Part shown: positions 1 to 10,129 of the stretch, one piece after another
How positions within the stretch are numbered: the first letter of the stretch is position 1
Layout of the letters: each line of letters begins with the position of its first letter
Assembly (NCBI GenBank): GCA_003280965.1
Contig: QCDI01000002.1
Span: 99,712-163,711 of the forward strand
DNA length: 64,000 nucleotides
Reading direction: 5' to 3'
Origin: Prochlorococcus sp. AG-355-B18
GTDB taxonomy: Bacteria > Cyanobacteriota > Cyanobacteriia > PCC-6307 > Cyanobiaceae
The notes under the pieces: generated by a model
Told to the model about the DNA's origin: nothing
Seen by the model: only the letters and a program-made list of their open reading frames with translations
Database searches by the model: none
Made by a program: the position numbers and the translations under genes

Positions 1-759
1 GTCATAAAAAATTGTTCCATTGACAGCTTTCTTATAAGCAACTCCAGTATTAGAAAATTTCTTGCTATTAAAATTCTCTCTTCTGAACATCTGAACAACT
101 TCTAGACCTTGAAGATTCTCTTGAAAATCAGAGTTGAGTTGAGATAGTTCTTCTCTTACTTGATAATTAGCCTTTCTGTATCGTTTTTGAAGCCATACAA
201 TAAAATATGAAACTGGAATCTGAGTTAATAGCAATAAAATGGCAAGCCCTCGATCAATTGAAAGCATTGTCAAAGAAATTACTATCAGGCTAACAAAGTC
301 AGCAATTACTCCGACCGCCCCACTACCAAAAACCTCGGCTAAAGCATCAACATCATTGGTTAATCTCGTCAATAACTTACCAACAGGCATTTTATCGTGA
401 TACTTCAAAGATAAAGATATTGAATGATCAAAAAGTTCTCTTCTTATCCTGGCAGTTAATCTCTGACCAACAGCTTGAATATTATAGGTTTGGTATCCTT
501 GCAAAACCAACCTAAAAATAACTGTTAAAAATAAGGTAAGGATTATGGCATTTATTGACTGCCCAAAAAAAGTTTTACTTAGCCAAACATCTGTACTTTC
601 GTTTTTAAGAATAGTAATTGCTTGACCTACCAATAGTGGTTGAATTGCTCCAGAGAAAGATACTGGTAGCAATACTATTAGGATTAGATAGATTGTTTTT
701 TTATCTTTAGTTAAATATTTACCTAATTTTTTAATCCTTCTAAAATCATTAAAAAACAT
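1..759 (-). CDS. ABC transporter, fused permease/ATP-binding (MsbA/MdlA-like), N-terminal part; runs off the window edge
   Basis: Manually translated open frame from ATG at 759: MFFNDFRRIKKLGKYLTKDKK...AIQPLLVGQAI...HDKMPVGKLLTRLTNDVDAL; ABC membrane-domain pattern. Confidence 0.85.
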   Translation of the reverse strand, partial: MFFNDFRRIKKLGKYLTKDKKTIYLILIVLLPVSFSGAIQPLLVGQAITILKNESTDVWLSKTFFGQSINAIILTLFLTVIFRLVLQGYQTYNIQAVGQRLTARIRRELFDHSISLSLKYHDKMPVGKLLTRLTNDVDALAEVFGSGAVGVIADFVSLIVISLTMLSIDRGLAILLLLTQIPVSYFIVWLQKRYRKANYQVREELSQLNSDFQENLQGLEVVQMFRRENFNSKKFSNTGVAYKKAVNGTIFYD

Positions 760-771
760 TTAGCTAATCAT

Positions 772-1410
772 CTATAAAGCATTAGTTGATTCTATTGATA
801 AAATCGTATCTTTGAGATGATTATCATCTAACCTCATTGATAAGGGATTGCCAATTAGTTTTGCAGTTGAATAAAAAAGATCATCAATTTTAGTTAAACC
901 ATTCTCCTTAAGAGTCTTTCCGGTCGCCACCAAATCTACTATTGCCTCTGCCATTCCTGTAATAGGACCAAGCTCGACAGATCCTGTCAAATGAACTATT
1001 TCTGCAGGTATATTTAATTCATCAAAATAAGATCTTGCTGTTTTTGTAAATTTACTCGCAACCTTACAATTCGCTGGAAGATCAGTTGGTTTGGAATAAT
1101 TGCTATTGTTCTTAACCGCCAACGACATATAACAACCCCCAAAGCCTAAATCTAATAACTTTGCAACTTTCAATTCGGATTCGCGTAAAACGTCATCTCC
1201 AACAATACCCAAATCAGCCTGACCATAACTTACATAAACAGGAACATCTCCATTTCTTACTAATAAAGCTCTAGCCCGCTTGCAATTTGATTCAAAAGTT
1301 AATGATCTATTATTTTCGTTCAACGCATCAGAAAAATCTAACCCAGCTCTTTTAAAAGTTGAAATTGAATCTTTTAACAGAGCTCCTTTTGGTAAAGCTA
1401 TAGTAAACAT
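772..1410 (-). CDS. hisG: ATP phosphoribosyltransferase, short form
   Basis: [32 protein letters not shown] motifs; 212 aa with no C-terminal regulatory domain. Confidence 0.97.
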   Translation of the reverse strand: MFTIALPKGALLKDSISTFKRAGLDFSDALNENNRSLTFESNCKRARALLVRNGDVPVYVSYGQADLGIVGDDVLRESELKVAKLLDLGFGGCYMSLAVKNNSNYSKPTDLPANCKVASKFTKTARSYFDELNIPAEIVHLTGSVELGPITGMAEAIVDLVATGKTLKENGLTKIDDLFYSTAKLIGNPLSMRLDDNHLKDTILSIESTNAL

Positions 1411-1450
1411 AGATCAACTTCTTCCAGAGATTCTTCATTCTAAGTTAACA

Positions 1451-2191
1451 ATGGAATTTAATAAAGCTCAAAATATAATAGGTCTCAGAGTTTTAAATGA
1501 TAACGTTATTTGGTTATGGGTAAAAGGTAAATCCGTGGTAGTTATAGACCCATCCGTTCATGATCCGGTAATTAGATATATTGAGGAAAATAATTTTCAC
1601 TTAAAAGCTGTTCTTCAAACTCATCATCATTCGGACCATATTGGAGGAACGAAAAACCTTATTGAAAGATGGCCAAATGTTGAGGTGATTGCTTCTTCCA
1701 AAGAAAAAAAACGAATACCTTTTCAAAATATATCTGTAGAGGATGGAGAAACTTTGAATATTTTAGGTGAAGAAGTAAAAATAATTGAAGTATTAGGGCA
1801 TACAAGCTCACATATCTCTTTCTTTTTAAATGGGAAAAATCCTGTACTTTTTATTGGTGATACATTATTTTCTGGTGGGTGTGGAAGAATTTTTGAAGGA
1901 ACTTATCAACAAATGTATTCTTCATTAGAAAGAATTAAGTCATTACCAAAAAATACTCTCATATATTGTGCACATGAATATACTAAGGGGAATCTATTGT
2001 GGGCATTGAATCTCAAGCCTAAAGATCAAGATATAAAAAATAAACTTTCAGAAGTTGAGAAAAAACTTTCTCTTAATCAATTGACAATTCCATTTTTACT
2101 AGATGAAGAAATGAAAATAAACCTATTCTTAAGAGCAAAAAATTTAGAAGAATTTACTTTTTTGAGAGCAAATAAAGATTTATGGGTTTAA
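1451..2191 (+). CDS. gloB: Hydroxyacylglutathione hydrolase (glyoxalase II)
   Basis: [30 protein letters not shown] motifs; start moved to ATG 1451 because the longer ORF overlaps hisG. Confidence 0.93.
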   Translation: MEFNKAQNIIGLRVLNDNVIWLWVKGKSVVVIDPSVHDPVIRYIEENNFHLKAVLQTHHHSDHIGGTKNLIERWPNVEVIASSKEKKRIPFQNISVEDGETLNILGEEVKIIEVLGHTSSHISFFLNGKNPVLFIGDTLFSGGCGRIFEGTYQQMYSSLERIKSLPKNTLIYCAHEYTKGNLLWALNLKPKDQDIKNKLSEVEKKLSLNQLTIPFLLDEEMKINLFLRAKNLEEFTFLRANKDLWV

Positions 2192-2215
2192 ATAGATAGG
2201 TATCGTATTAAACAA

Positions 2216-2608
2216 ATGGCCCCAAAGCAAGTAATTAAAACATCAAATGCTCCAGATCCAGTAGGACCCTATAATCAAGCCATAAAAGCTGGTGATTTTA
2301 TTTATTGTTCTGGCCAAATTGCTATAGACCCAGATTTAAATGAAATAACATGTTTAGGTGATATAGAGAAGGAAACTATTCAAGTTTTAAAAAATCTCGC
2401 CGCAGTTCTTGAAGCTGGTGGAGCAAAAATAGAGGATGTAATAAAAACAACTATTTACTTAACCGACCTAAGTAATTTTCAAATTGTCAATAGGATATAT
2501 AGTAATTTTTTCAATGTGCAGAATCCTCCAGCGAGGGCCTGTGTGGAAGTTTCATCTCTACCTAAAGGAGTGTTGGTTGAGATAGATTGTGTTGCCTTTC
2601 TAGATTAA
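2216..2608 (+). CDS. ridA: RidA/YjgF/YER057c family enamine deaminase
   Basis: GPYNQA, CSGQI, PPARACVEVSSLP, VEIDC motifs. Confidence 0.93.
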   Translation: MAPKQVIKTSNAPDPVGPYNQAIKAGDFIYCSGQIAIDPDLNEITCLGDIEKETIQVLKNLAAVLEAGGAKIEDVIKTTIYLTDLSNFQIVNRIYSNFFNVQNPPARACVEVSSLPKGVLVEIDCVAFLD

Positions 2609-2693
2609 TTTCTAATTATTGAGAAATTTTAAATATGATCCAAATCTGCGCCATATTTGTATAGATTATTAATTGGTAATTCTTCTTTAATCT

Positions 2694-2921
2694 ATGTCAG
2701 CAGCAAAGCTTAATATAGATGAATTAGAAGCAGGCTATCCCCTTTTTTGTAAGGCTTTAAGACTATTAATTTTAAAAGGTAACTCAGTTAAAGATATAGA
2801 AAAGACAGTATGCTGGGGACATCTTGAAACTTTAAATAGATGTTTACCAGGAAGATATAAAGCTCCCACATATTTAATGGCTTTAATCAAAAGAGATATT
2901 GAAAAGCCAAATAATTATTAA
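2694..2921 (+). CDS. Conserved small picocyanobacterial protein (DUF3136-like)
   Basis: 75 aa ORF, ELEAGYPLFCKALR...VCW motif recalled from DUF3136; flanks the cso locus. Confidence 0.75.
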   Translation: MSAAKLNIDELEAGYPLFCKALRLLILKGNSVKDIEKTVCWGHLETLNRCLPGRYKAPTYLMALIKRDIEKPNNY

Positions 2922-2927
2922 AAAGCA

Positions 2928-3167
2928 CTAATCTTCTAAATAAAATTTATCAATATCTTTTGCAAAATTTTTTTCCTTTTCTGATAATACTTTATTATCT
3001 AAAAATATAGTAAGACTTACAAAATTCTTACCGAAGCTGATATTTGGATAGATATCCCTTTCTTTACATAATTTCTCAATTTTCCCCATAAATTTACTAA
3101 TTTTTGAATATTGCTCAAATTCAAATCTTTTTTCAATCCTCAAAGGTGATTCTCTTTCTTTCCACAT
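2928..3167 (-). CDS. Pterin-dehydratase-like alpha-carboxysome RuBisCO assembly factor (acRAF/Raf2)
   Basis: PCD fold pattern (W...KRFEF...F...YPNISFG) without the catalytic HHP; directly downstream of csoS4B. Confidence 0.85.
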   Translation of the reverse strand: MWKERESPLRIEKRFEFEQYSKISKFMGKIEKLCKERDIYPNISFGKNFVSLTIFLDNKVLSEKEKNFAKDIDKFYLED

Positions 3168-3241
3168 TACATTCTTTATACAAGACTAATTACACTATAC
3201 CTTCAACAAAGTTTCTCAATAAATTTTTGAAGATAAAATTT

Positions 3242-3490
3242 TTAGTCACTCTCCCAATAATCAATAATACCGCCAATCGTTAAATCGGTTTGAACTTCTG
3301 GATTAGGGCATGCAAATCTAGCGGCGGAGCCACTAGCAGTAAAAACCCAGTTACCTTCTCTAGCTCCAACAGGATCAACAGCAACTAATTTCTTTCCTTT
3401 ATTATTTTCTAAAATTCGTAAATTCATATGACCTAAGCCAGGGACTCTTTGAGTGCATACCATCCTTCCTAATACCTTCATAATTTCCAC
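3242..3490 (-). CDS. csoS4B: Carboxysome pentameric vertex protein CsoS4B
   Basis: EutN/CcmL family: VAVDPVGAREGNWV, GSAAR, DLTIGGIID. Confidence 0.96.
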   Translation of the reverse strand: MEIMKVLGRMVCTQRVPGLGHMNLRILENNKGKKLVAVDPVGAREGNWVFTASGSAARFACPNPEVQTDLTIGGIIDYWESD

Positions 3491-3507
3491 AATTTATATC
3501 CTCCCTT

Positions 3508-3759
3508 TTATGACTTGTTAGGATCCCAATGATCAATAATTCCAACAATCGTTAAATCGCTTGGATAAGATTTACTTCCCGCAGCTTCTCTAGCAGCTGA
3601 ACTTCCAACACAAATAACCCAATCTCCTGGCTTACAGCCAACAGCATCAACTGCAACTTTATTAGAAGAACCATCTAATACAACCTGCAGATGTTTATGT
3701 TCAAAACCAGGAATCCTATTGGTAGAAACAAGTGGTTTTACAACTTTGCAAATTAACAT
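3508..3759 (-). CDS. csoS4A: Carboxysome pentameric vertex protein CsoS4A
   Basis: VAVDAVGCKPGDWV, SSAAREAAG, DLTIVGIID. Confidence 0.96.
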   Translation of the reverse strand: MLICKVVKPLVSTNRIPGFEHKHLQVVLDGSSNKVAVDAVGCKPGDWVICVGSSAAREAAGSKSYPSDLTIVGIIDHWDPNKS

Positions 3760-3761
3760 AA

Positions 3762-5291
3762 TTAGTGAGCCTCCTCTGTTTTTTTATCTAAAGACATTCC
3801 AATAATTTGGGCGGAATGAATGTTGTCCCTATCTCTAATAGTAGAGCAAGTATGTAACAAACCTTGATCAACTAAATTTTTATATCTAATTGATATCGCA
3901 TTATTAACTCTTTCACAATCATTTATTGCCCTTTCTTTTGCGCCGGGTACTTTCCCAGAGTAATCAAATCTTATTACTACCGGAATTGGTAGATCTTGAG
4001 AAACATTTAATCCAGTAAAAATCTTTACTCCTACATCTAAATCTGGAGCCCCTTCTTCGACTGTATCTAAATGAGCAAAATAAGTTAAATTTCTGAGATG
4101 TACTTCTTTGAAACCTATACCTACTCCAATAAACCTCTCTGCATGTCCAATATCTTCATAAGAACCATTATGAAAACTCTTAACATAATCAATTTGAGAA
4201 ATATTATTGACAATTAATTTATACGTAAATTTTTCCAGTCCACTGAGTTTATCTTTTGAAGATTGATTAGAAATTGTCTGGCAAATTTCTCTTTCCGCAT
4301 CCTCTTTTGAAAAATTAATTGTTGAATTATAAATTTCTAATGTAGAAATAGTTTTTTCTAAATCTATATTGCCATCACTAGTTGATAAATGTATTTTTAA
4401 TGAATCAGTGTCTGTATCAAGTCCAATTAACATTAAATCCACTGAAGCTCCGCAGCAAAAGCTATTCTCTACAGCCTCTTTGAAAGCATATAATTTATTT
4501 CTTCCTTCTGCTGCAGCTAACTCGTCATTACTCCCATGAGCTGCGCATCCCTGATGAAAAGGATCTACTGAACTAAAATGATAAGTTACAACTTTTAAGT
4601 ACCTGGTATCTTTATGAGCTTCATTAGGAACATTCTCTCTATATCTTTTATGTTCAGTTTTTACCCATCGATTAACAGTATTTTCAATATCAAATAGTGC
4701 TCCAGCATGGGATCTTCTTCTTACTGAACTAAAAGGTATTCTCATCACATAAGCAACTGAATGAGCTAATCTTCCATCTGAACAAGGAGTTATATCAAGT
4801 AAATGTATTCCGCAATCTAAGAGAAATTTTTCAAAGTCTTCCGCATCTCTACTTCCAGCAGCACCTTCTAGTGGATCATTGTTAAAAAAATTGTCGCTAA
4901 GTTTGTCATGCTGTTTAAAAGCACACCATGCATATAAAGCTCTCATATCAAGAGGTTTTACCCAAGATTTATCTAATACATGGAGGGGTAAATCTATTCC
5001 CAAATTTTTTCTTGATATTTTCTGAGCCTTATTTATAAAATCTTCGTGATGTTGAATTCGAGCAATTTCCTTGAGAGTTGGAACAATTTCGTCAAAATCA
5101 CTTTTTATTTTGCTTTCATACCTAAATAGATTTTCATTTTGAATATTGTTGGTTAATTTATGAGACTTTCCAGAATTTCTGAGATTATTTGATTCTTTAG
5201 TTTGTATATGGATATTTTCCGTAAAAGTTTTCATTGGAGCTGTTGGCCCCAATGTGAAGTTCTTGGCTTTAGCCAGTCCTCTTAAAGGCAT
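3762..5291 (-). CDS. csoSCA: Carboxysomal carbonic anhydrase CsoSCA (CsoS3)
   Basis: Zn ligands in PCSDGR and YHFS...HQGCAAH; position in the cso operon. Confidence 0.97.
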   Translation of the reverse strand: MPLRGLAKAKNFTLGPTAPMKTFTENIHIQTKESNNLRNSGKSHKLTNNIQNENLFRYESKIKSDFDEIVPTLKEIARIQHHEDFINKAQKISRKNLGIDLPLHVLDKSWVKPLDMRALYAWCAFKQHDKLSDNFFNNDPLEGAAGSRDAEDFEKFLLDCGIHLLDITPCSDGRLAHSVAYVMRIPFSSVRRRSHAGALFDIENTVNRWVKTEHKRYRENVPNEAHKDTRYLKVVTYHFSSVDPFHQGCAAHGSNDELAAAEGRNKLYAFKEAVENSFCCGASVDLMLIGLDTDTDSLKIHLSTSDGNIDLEKTISTLEIYNSTINFSKEDAEREICQTISNQSSKDKLSGLEKFTYKLIVNNISQIDYVKSFHNGSYEDIGHAERFIGVGIGFKEVHLRNLTYFAHLDTVEEGAPDLDVGVKIFTGLNVSQDLPIPVVIRFDYSGKVPGAKERAINDCERVNNAISIRYKNLVDQGLLHTCSTIRDRDNIHSAQIIGMSLDKKTEEAH

Positions 5292-5298
5292 TATTTAC

Positions 5299-7596
5299 TT
5301 AACCTCTTGCACCACCTGAAAAGGTAACAAGTTGTCCTTCACGAGTATTTCCACTAGATCCAGTTATCAAGAAATCTGGTTTTTCTGTTTCATCATTTCT
5401 TTTAGCTTCCATTGGAGGCATTGCGCTCATAAAACCTGCTCTAGATGGATTTCTCTTTCTAGAAGAAGCTCCTTCTGTACCTGTTACCTTATCACCGCGA
5501 TCCCAATCATCACCAGTTACGTTTCCTACAGATTGTCCTTCACCAGTAATCCTAGATGCGACTCTTTTTTCTGGTGTCTTTGCAGCACGGTCTGCTTCTT
5601 CAATTTCCATTTTTTGCTTATAAGTAATATTTTTATTCGGTTCAAATCTAAATTTTTCAGTACCAGTGACCTTATCAACTGCCATATCAAAAGGTCCTGT
5701 TACCTTTGAACCATTTTCATATTCATTACCGGTAACACCTTGAGTATTTTTTTCAGAATATTTATCTCTTGATGGTGACTTGACAGAGAAGTCATTCCAA
5801 AAGTTACCTGCTGACTTTTCCGGATTCGCATAAGCAGTATCATGTGGAGGATTATCACAAGCTTGTGAGAACTGATCTCCACCAACATAAGGAGTTCCTG
5901 TTAAGTTTTTACAAGCACCTTTTTTAGCACCTGTCATTACTCCGCCAATTCCTGGTTGTTGTCCTGTAAGTCTGGCATTTGAATTATTTCCTGAATTAAC
6001 TGTTGCTCGTGATTTCATATCTTCAGAAGTTTCATTATTACAATTCTCATTAATCTGATCTAAGCCTGCGTATGGTGTTCCCGTTAACACTTTGCATGAA
6101 CCTGGTTCATCTCCAGTTACTATTTTTGATCTTCCTGTCATAGTCCCGCTTATTAAATTTGATTTTGAAGAAAGGCTTAAACCTACTTTTCTAGCTTCTG
6201 GTTTTGGTTTTGAACCGCAAAACTTCTCATATTGTTGAGATCCTATGTACTCATCACCAGTTACATTCTTGCAACTCCCATGTTCATTACCTGTCATATG
6301 GTCTGATCTACCTACCCCTGTACCAGTTACATTATTCCCATTAAGAGTGTTGTAACTACCAACTTTTTCAAATGCTTTACCTTTTGGATTTTGCTCTGAG
6401 CCAAGATATTGATCTCCAGTTAACTGATGTCCAGAACCTGATTCATCTCCAGTAACCAGGGTTGATCTACCAGGAAGTGATCCAGATACTTTTAATCCAT
6501 CAGTTGTAGTACTATGTTTAACCTTTGAAGGATTTTTGGGAACATCACCACAATACTTCTGTGATTGATTAGCAGATACATATTCAGTTCCTGTAAGATT
6601 TTTACAAGTCCCAGGCTCATCGCCTGTGACCCTCTCAGATCTACCAACTTCATTTCCAGTTACTTTATTACCTGATGTTGTAGAGGTAACAGTTGATCTA
6701 AGTGGCTGTATATAACTTGGTCTATCTTGACAAAATTGATCAACTACTTCTGATCCCATATATTGAGTACCAGTTACAGTCCTGCATGTACTTGCTTCAT
6801 TACCTGTAGTTTTCACAGATCTATTGGCTTGTGTTCCAGTAACTATTTGACCTGAATCAGTTTCACTTTTACCAACTTTCCAGCTAGCATCTGCAATATT
6901 TTGTTTGGCACCATTTTTATTTGGACCACATGGTCTACATTTACCATTACCTTTTTTGCCTGTGGCACCAGTTTTACTTCTTAGCTCTCTCACTCTCTGA
7001 GAAATTTCTCTACTACTTAAATCTGGGTCTCCCCTTCTAGCTAAAGAAGCTGAACTGGTATTTTGTTTAGTTGCTGATTTACCATGCTTAGATTGAGCTT
7101 CTCTTCTAGCCAAAACAATATCTCTACTTATATTAGTAATAGGCTTTCTCTTCTGATTAATTCTTCTTTTAACGTTTGGTTTTGATGTTTGAATTTCTGT
7201 ATTATGTGAGCTTTGAACTTCCTGATTTTTGCTTATGGAAGTTTTAACTGTGTTTACAGGACTTTCTTTTTTAACATCAGTACGAGTTCTATCGGATGAA
7301 GTTATTGCTGATTTACCATGAGTAGACATTGCTTTTCTTCTCTCTATTACCAACTCTTTACTAGATAAAGTTGTTGAAGAAGACTTTCTACTTACCTGGT
7401 TTTTTGGGATATGTTTTGTAACTGGTTTAGTAATATTTTGATTATTTGAAGAAGACTGAGTACCAGAAATCTGTATATCTTGAGAAGATCGAACTCTATC
7501 TTTAGTAGTCGAAGAATAAGCAGCAGCTTTTTTACCGCTATCACTCATCGCCTTTCTTCTTTCTAATGCAATCTCTCTACTGGTTTTTTTTGACAT
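5299..7596 (-). CDS. csoS2: Carboxysome scaffold protein CsoS2
   Basis: Four N-terminal S[RK]xxxxxRxxxxS repeats, six M-region repeats, C-terminal VTFSGGARG; ATG at 7596 preferred over TTG 7605. Confidence 0.97.
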   Translation of the reverse strand: MSKKTSREIALERRKAMSDSGKKAAAYSSTTKDRVRSSQDIQISGTQSSSNNQNITKPVTKHIPKNQVSRKSSSTTLSSKELVIERRKAMSTHGKSAITSSDRTRTDVKKESPVNTVKTSISKNQEVQSSHNTEIQTSKPNVKRRINQKRKPITNISRDIVLARREAQSKHGKSATKQNTSSASLARRGDPDLSSREISQRVRELRSKTGATGKKGNGKCRPCGPNKNGAKQNIADASWKVGKSETDSGQIVTGTQANRSVKTTGNEASTCRTVTGTQYMGSEVVDQFCQDRPSYIQPLRSTVTSTTSGNKVTGNEVGRSERVTGDEPGTCKNLTGTEYVSANQSQKYCGDVPKNPSKVKHSTTTDGLKVSGSLPGRSTLVTGDESGSGHQLTGDQYLGSEQNPKGKAFEKVGSYNTLNGNNVTGTGVGRSDHMTGNEHGSCKNVTGDEYIGSQQYEKFCGSKPKPEARKVGLSLSSKSNLISGTMTGRSKIVTGDEPGSCKVLTGTPYAGLDQINENCNNETSEDMKSRATVNSGNNSNARLTGQQPGIGGVMTGAKKGACKNLTGTPYVGGDQFSQACDNPPHDTAYANPEKSAGNFWNDFSVKSPSRDKYSEKNTQGVTGNEYENGSKVTGPFDMAVDKVTGTEKFRFEPNKNITYKQKMEIEEADRAAKTPEKRVASRITGEGQSVGNVTGDDWDRGDKVTGTEGASSRKRNPSRAGFMSAMPPMEAKRNDETEKPDFLITGSSGNTREGQLVTFSGGARG
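5860..7585 (-). repeat. Protein-level repeats in CsoS2: 4 N-repeats and 6 M-repeats with [VILMT][TS]G triplets
   Basis: SREIALERRKAMS / SKELVIERRKAMS / SRDIVLARREAQS / SREISQRVRELRS; M units such as VTG...RS..VTGDEPG.CK.LTG..Y; the third M unit lacks Cys; boundaries approximate. Confidence 0.9.
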
Positions 7597-7621
7597 AATC
7601 TTCAAATGTGAAACTCTTTTG

Positions 7622-7656
7622 AAAAAACTTTCTCCAAAAATATTTTTTGGAGAAAG
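7622..7656 (-). terminator. Intrinsic terminator between rbcS and csoS2
   Basis: Perfect 13-bp stem CTTTCTCCAAAAA (7628-7640) / TTTTTGGAGAAAG (7644-7656), 3-nt loop, followed on the minus strand by U6 (A run 7622-7627). Confidence 0.8.
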
Positions 7657-7679
7657 ATATTTACTACATAAAAGTAGAT

Positions 7680-8021
7680 TTAACGTCCTTGGAAAACTAC
7701 AAAAGCTGTTCCTTGGCTTTGAGTGTAAGCATCGTATCCGATGATTCTTACATGATGATCAGGGTATGCTCTATGACATGCCTCTAATTCACTTACAACC
7801 AAGTTAAGGTCTTTTTCCCCAAAGAATGGGAGCTTCCAATAAGACCAATAAGTTTGCATACTTCCACTAGGATGAACATGCTCAATAACAGGACTCCAGC
7901 CTTGAGCAATTATGTATGCAATTTGATCGTATATTTCCTCCTGGGTCATCGGTGGTAAGAAACCGAATGTTTCCAGGGTTGCAACTGTTTGATAGTCGCC
8001 TACTGTGCTCTGGAAAGGCAT
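7680..8021 (-). CDS. rbcS: RuBisCO small subunit, form IA
   Basis: ETFGFLPP, YWSYWKLPFFG, HHVRIIGYD. Confidence 0.99.
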   Translation of the reverse strand: MPFQSTVGDYQTVATLETFGFLPPMTQEEIYDQIAYIIAQGWSPVIEHVHPSGSMQTYWSYWKLPFFGEKDLNLVVSELEACHRAYPDHHVRIIGYDAYTQSQGTAFVVFQGR

Positions 8022-8075
8022 AATTAATTTAAATGTGAATGAAATTACTCGTAATAGAACGAGATTTGTAGAAGT

Positions 8076-8097
8076 TTGAGGAGAAGAATCTCCTCAA
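8076..8097 (-). other. Intergenic stem-loop between rbcL and rbcS (no U tract)
   Basis: TTGAGGAGA (8076-8084) / TCTCCTCAA (8089-8097), 9-bp perfect stem with a 4-nt loop. Confidence 0.7.
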
Positions 8098-8111
8098 TTT
8101 TGAAATCTGGT

Positions 8112-9527
8112 TTAACCTTGAACGTCTAGTTTGTCGACGGTATCAAATTCAAACTTAATTTCCTTCCAAGTTTCAAGAGCGATAGCTAATTCAGGACTGT
8201 GTTTAGCAGCTTCCATAAGAATGTCTCTACTCTCTTTTTCGATTTCGCGACCAGCATTACGTGCTTTTACGCAAGCTTCTAAAGCAACTCTGTTGGCTGC
8301 AGCTCCAGCAGCTGAACCCCATGGATGACCATGTGTTCCTCCACCAAACTGAAGACAAGAATCATCTCCAAAAATCGCTAGGAGTGCAGGCATATGCCAT
8401 ACGTGAATACCACCTGATGCGACAGCAAATACTCCTGGCATTGAACCCCAATCTTGATCAAAGAAGTTACCTCTTGATCTATCTTCGGGAACAAATGACT
8501 CTCTTAAGTTGTCAATGTAACCAAGAGTTGTTTGACGATCACCTTCTAGTTTTCCAACAACAGTTCCAGTATGTAGTTGATCGCCTCCGGAGAGTCTCAA
8601 ACATTTTGCTAGAACCCTGAAATGGATACCGTGTTTTGGATGTCTATCAATAACAGCATGCATCGCTCTATGAATATGTAGAAGCATGCCATTTTTACGA
8701 CACCAGTTTGCTAATCCAGTATTTGCAGTGAAACCGCCAGTTATATAATCATGCATGATGATTGGCATATCTAGCTCTTTTGCAAATTCAGCTCTTTCGT
8801 AAAGTTCTTCAGGAGTGTTGGCAGTACAGTTTAGGTAGTGACCCTTAACTTCGCCAGTTTCCTGCTGAGCAAGCTTAACTGCTTCTGCAACAAACTCAAA
8901 TCTTTCTCTCCAACGTTGGAATGGCTGAGAGTTTATATTCTCGTCATCCTTCGTTAAATCGAGACCACCTCTAAGGCACTCATATACAACTCGACCATAG
9001 TTTTTACCAGATAATCCTAATTTAGGTTTAATGGTACAACCAAGTAAAGGTCTTCCATATTTGTTTAAACGATCTCTTTCAACTACGATTCCATTTGGTG
9101 GACCACCGCAAGTTTTGATGAAAGCGATTGGGAATCTAATATCTTCTAGACGTAAGTGTCTTAGAGCTTTAAATCCAAAAACGTTTCCTACAAGAGATGT
9201 TAGTACGTTTGTAATAGAACCTTCTTCAAAAAGATCTAAAGGATATGCAATAAAAGCATAAAAAGCTTCAGGGTCTCCAGGAACGTCTTCGATTCGATAA
9301 CAACGTCCTTTATAAAATTCTAAATCTGTAAGTAACTCGGACCAAACCGTTGACCAAGTACCTGTTGAAGATTCAGCGGCAACAGCTGCTGCAACTTCTT
9401 CTCTGGGAACACCTTCCTGACCTGTACATTTGAAACAGGCTAGTAAATCGGTGTCTAGGGGTACATATTCTGGAGTCCAGTAGGTATCTCTGTACTCCTT
9501 TACCCCTGCGTCATACTTCTTACTCAT
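8112..9527 (-). CDS. rbcL: RuBisCO large subunit, form IA
   Basis: [11 protein letters not shown] catalytic motif, [20 protein letters not shown]. Confidence 0.99.
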
Positions 9528-9595
9528 AAGGATAAATTTAGGTCTGTGTAGGGAAAATAATTATTGTGCAAAATTTATAAATTTTGCTTTATTTA

Positions 9596-9907
9596 TTAGT
9601 CCTTTTGACCAAGAAATTCACCATTACCAAGAGCTGGTTCAACTTCTCTATGAGGACGAGCAATAATGTGAGCTGCAACTAGACCGTCACCAACTCTTTC
9701 ACAAGCATCAGCACCAGCTCTTACAGCTGCGTTAACTGCTCCTGTTTCTCCTCTAACTAATACTGTGACATAACCGCCACCTACGAATTCACGACCAATA
9801 AGGCGAACTTCTGCTGCCTTTGTCATTGCGTCAGCTGCTTCGATTGCAGGTACAAGTCCGCGTGTCTCGATCATGCCGAGAGCGATACCCATTGTTTCTG
9901 TAGCCAT
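9596..9907 (-). CDS. csoS1: Major carboxysome shell hexamer CsoS1
   Basis: BMC domain: ALGMIETRGLVPAIEAADAMTKAA, HIIARPH. Confidence 0.98.
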   Translation of the reverse strand: MATETMGIALGMIETRGLVPAIEAADAMTKAAEVRLIGREFVGGGYVTVLVRGETGAVNAAVRAGADACERVGDGLVAAHIIARPHREVEPALGNGEFLGQKD

Positions 9908-9925
9908 TGTCTACTAATTACTAAA

Positions 9926-9939
9926 TGTGGAATGTTCAA
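9926..9939 (-). repeat. 14-nt dispersed motif, copy 1 (TTGAACATTCCACA in csoS1 sense), 18 nt upstream of the csoS1 ATG
   Basis: Exact match to 10157-10170 and to the reverse complement of 56952-56965. Confidence 0.9.
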
Positions 9940-9944
9940 TTCGA

Positions 9945-9974
9945 AGAATGCTTCATTAAGTACTTATAAGTCAA
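9945..9974 (-). promoter_or_regulatory. Putative sigma70-type promoter of the csoS1-rbcL-rbcS operon
   Basis: TTGACT (9974-9969) - 18 nt - CATTCT (9950-9945); predicted TSS near 9938-9940. Confidence 0.5.
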
Positions 9975-10094
9975 GCGTTTTCGATAAAATCTCCATTAAT
10001 GTTTTTTCTATCATTCATAAGTTAAACTTATCACCCTTGGTACTATTGATATGTCAATACTTATGCAAATTAGTTAGTGCATCAAAACATACTG

Positions 10095-10123
10095 TTGTGT
10101 TAAGAAAAAATTTACATTATGTT
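10095..10123 (+). promoter_or_regulatory. Putative promoter for the structured RNA at 10130 / ham1-like gene
   Basis: TTGTGT (10095-10100) - 17 nt - TATGTT (10118-10123); predicted TSS near 10130, at the foot of the stem. Confidence 0.45.
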
Positions 10124-10129
10124 ATTTCT

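Noticed and set aside
1280..1450. 57-aa N-terminal extension of gloB in the ORF track
   Set aside because: It overlaps hisG on the opposite strand; the GloB domain starts after ATG 1451
5746..5752. A_AAA_AAT heptamer in csoS2 between the M- and C-regions; a -1 shift would stop within a few codons and give a CsoS2A-like short form
   Set aside because: It is not the C_CCA_AAG site known from Halothiobacillus, there is no convincing downstream structure, and A runs are common in this AT-rich genome
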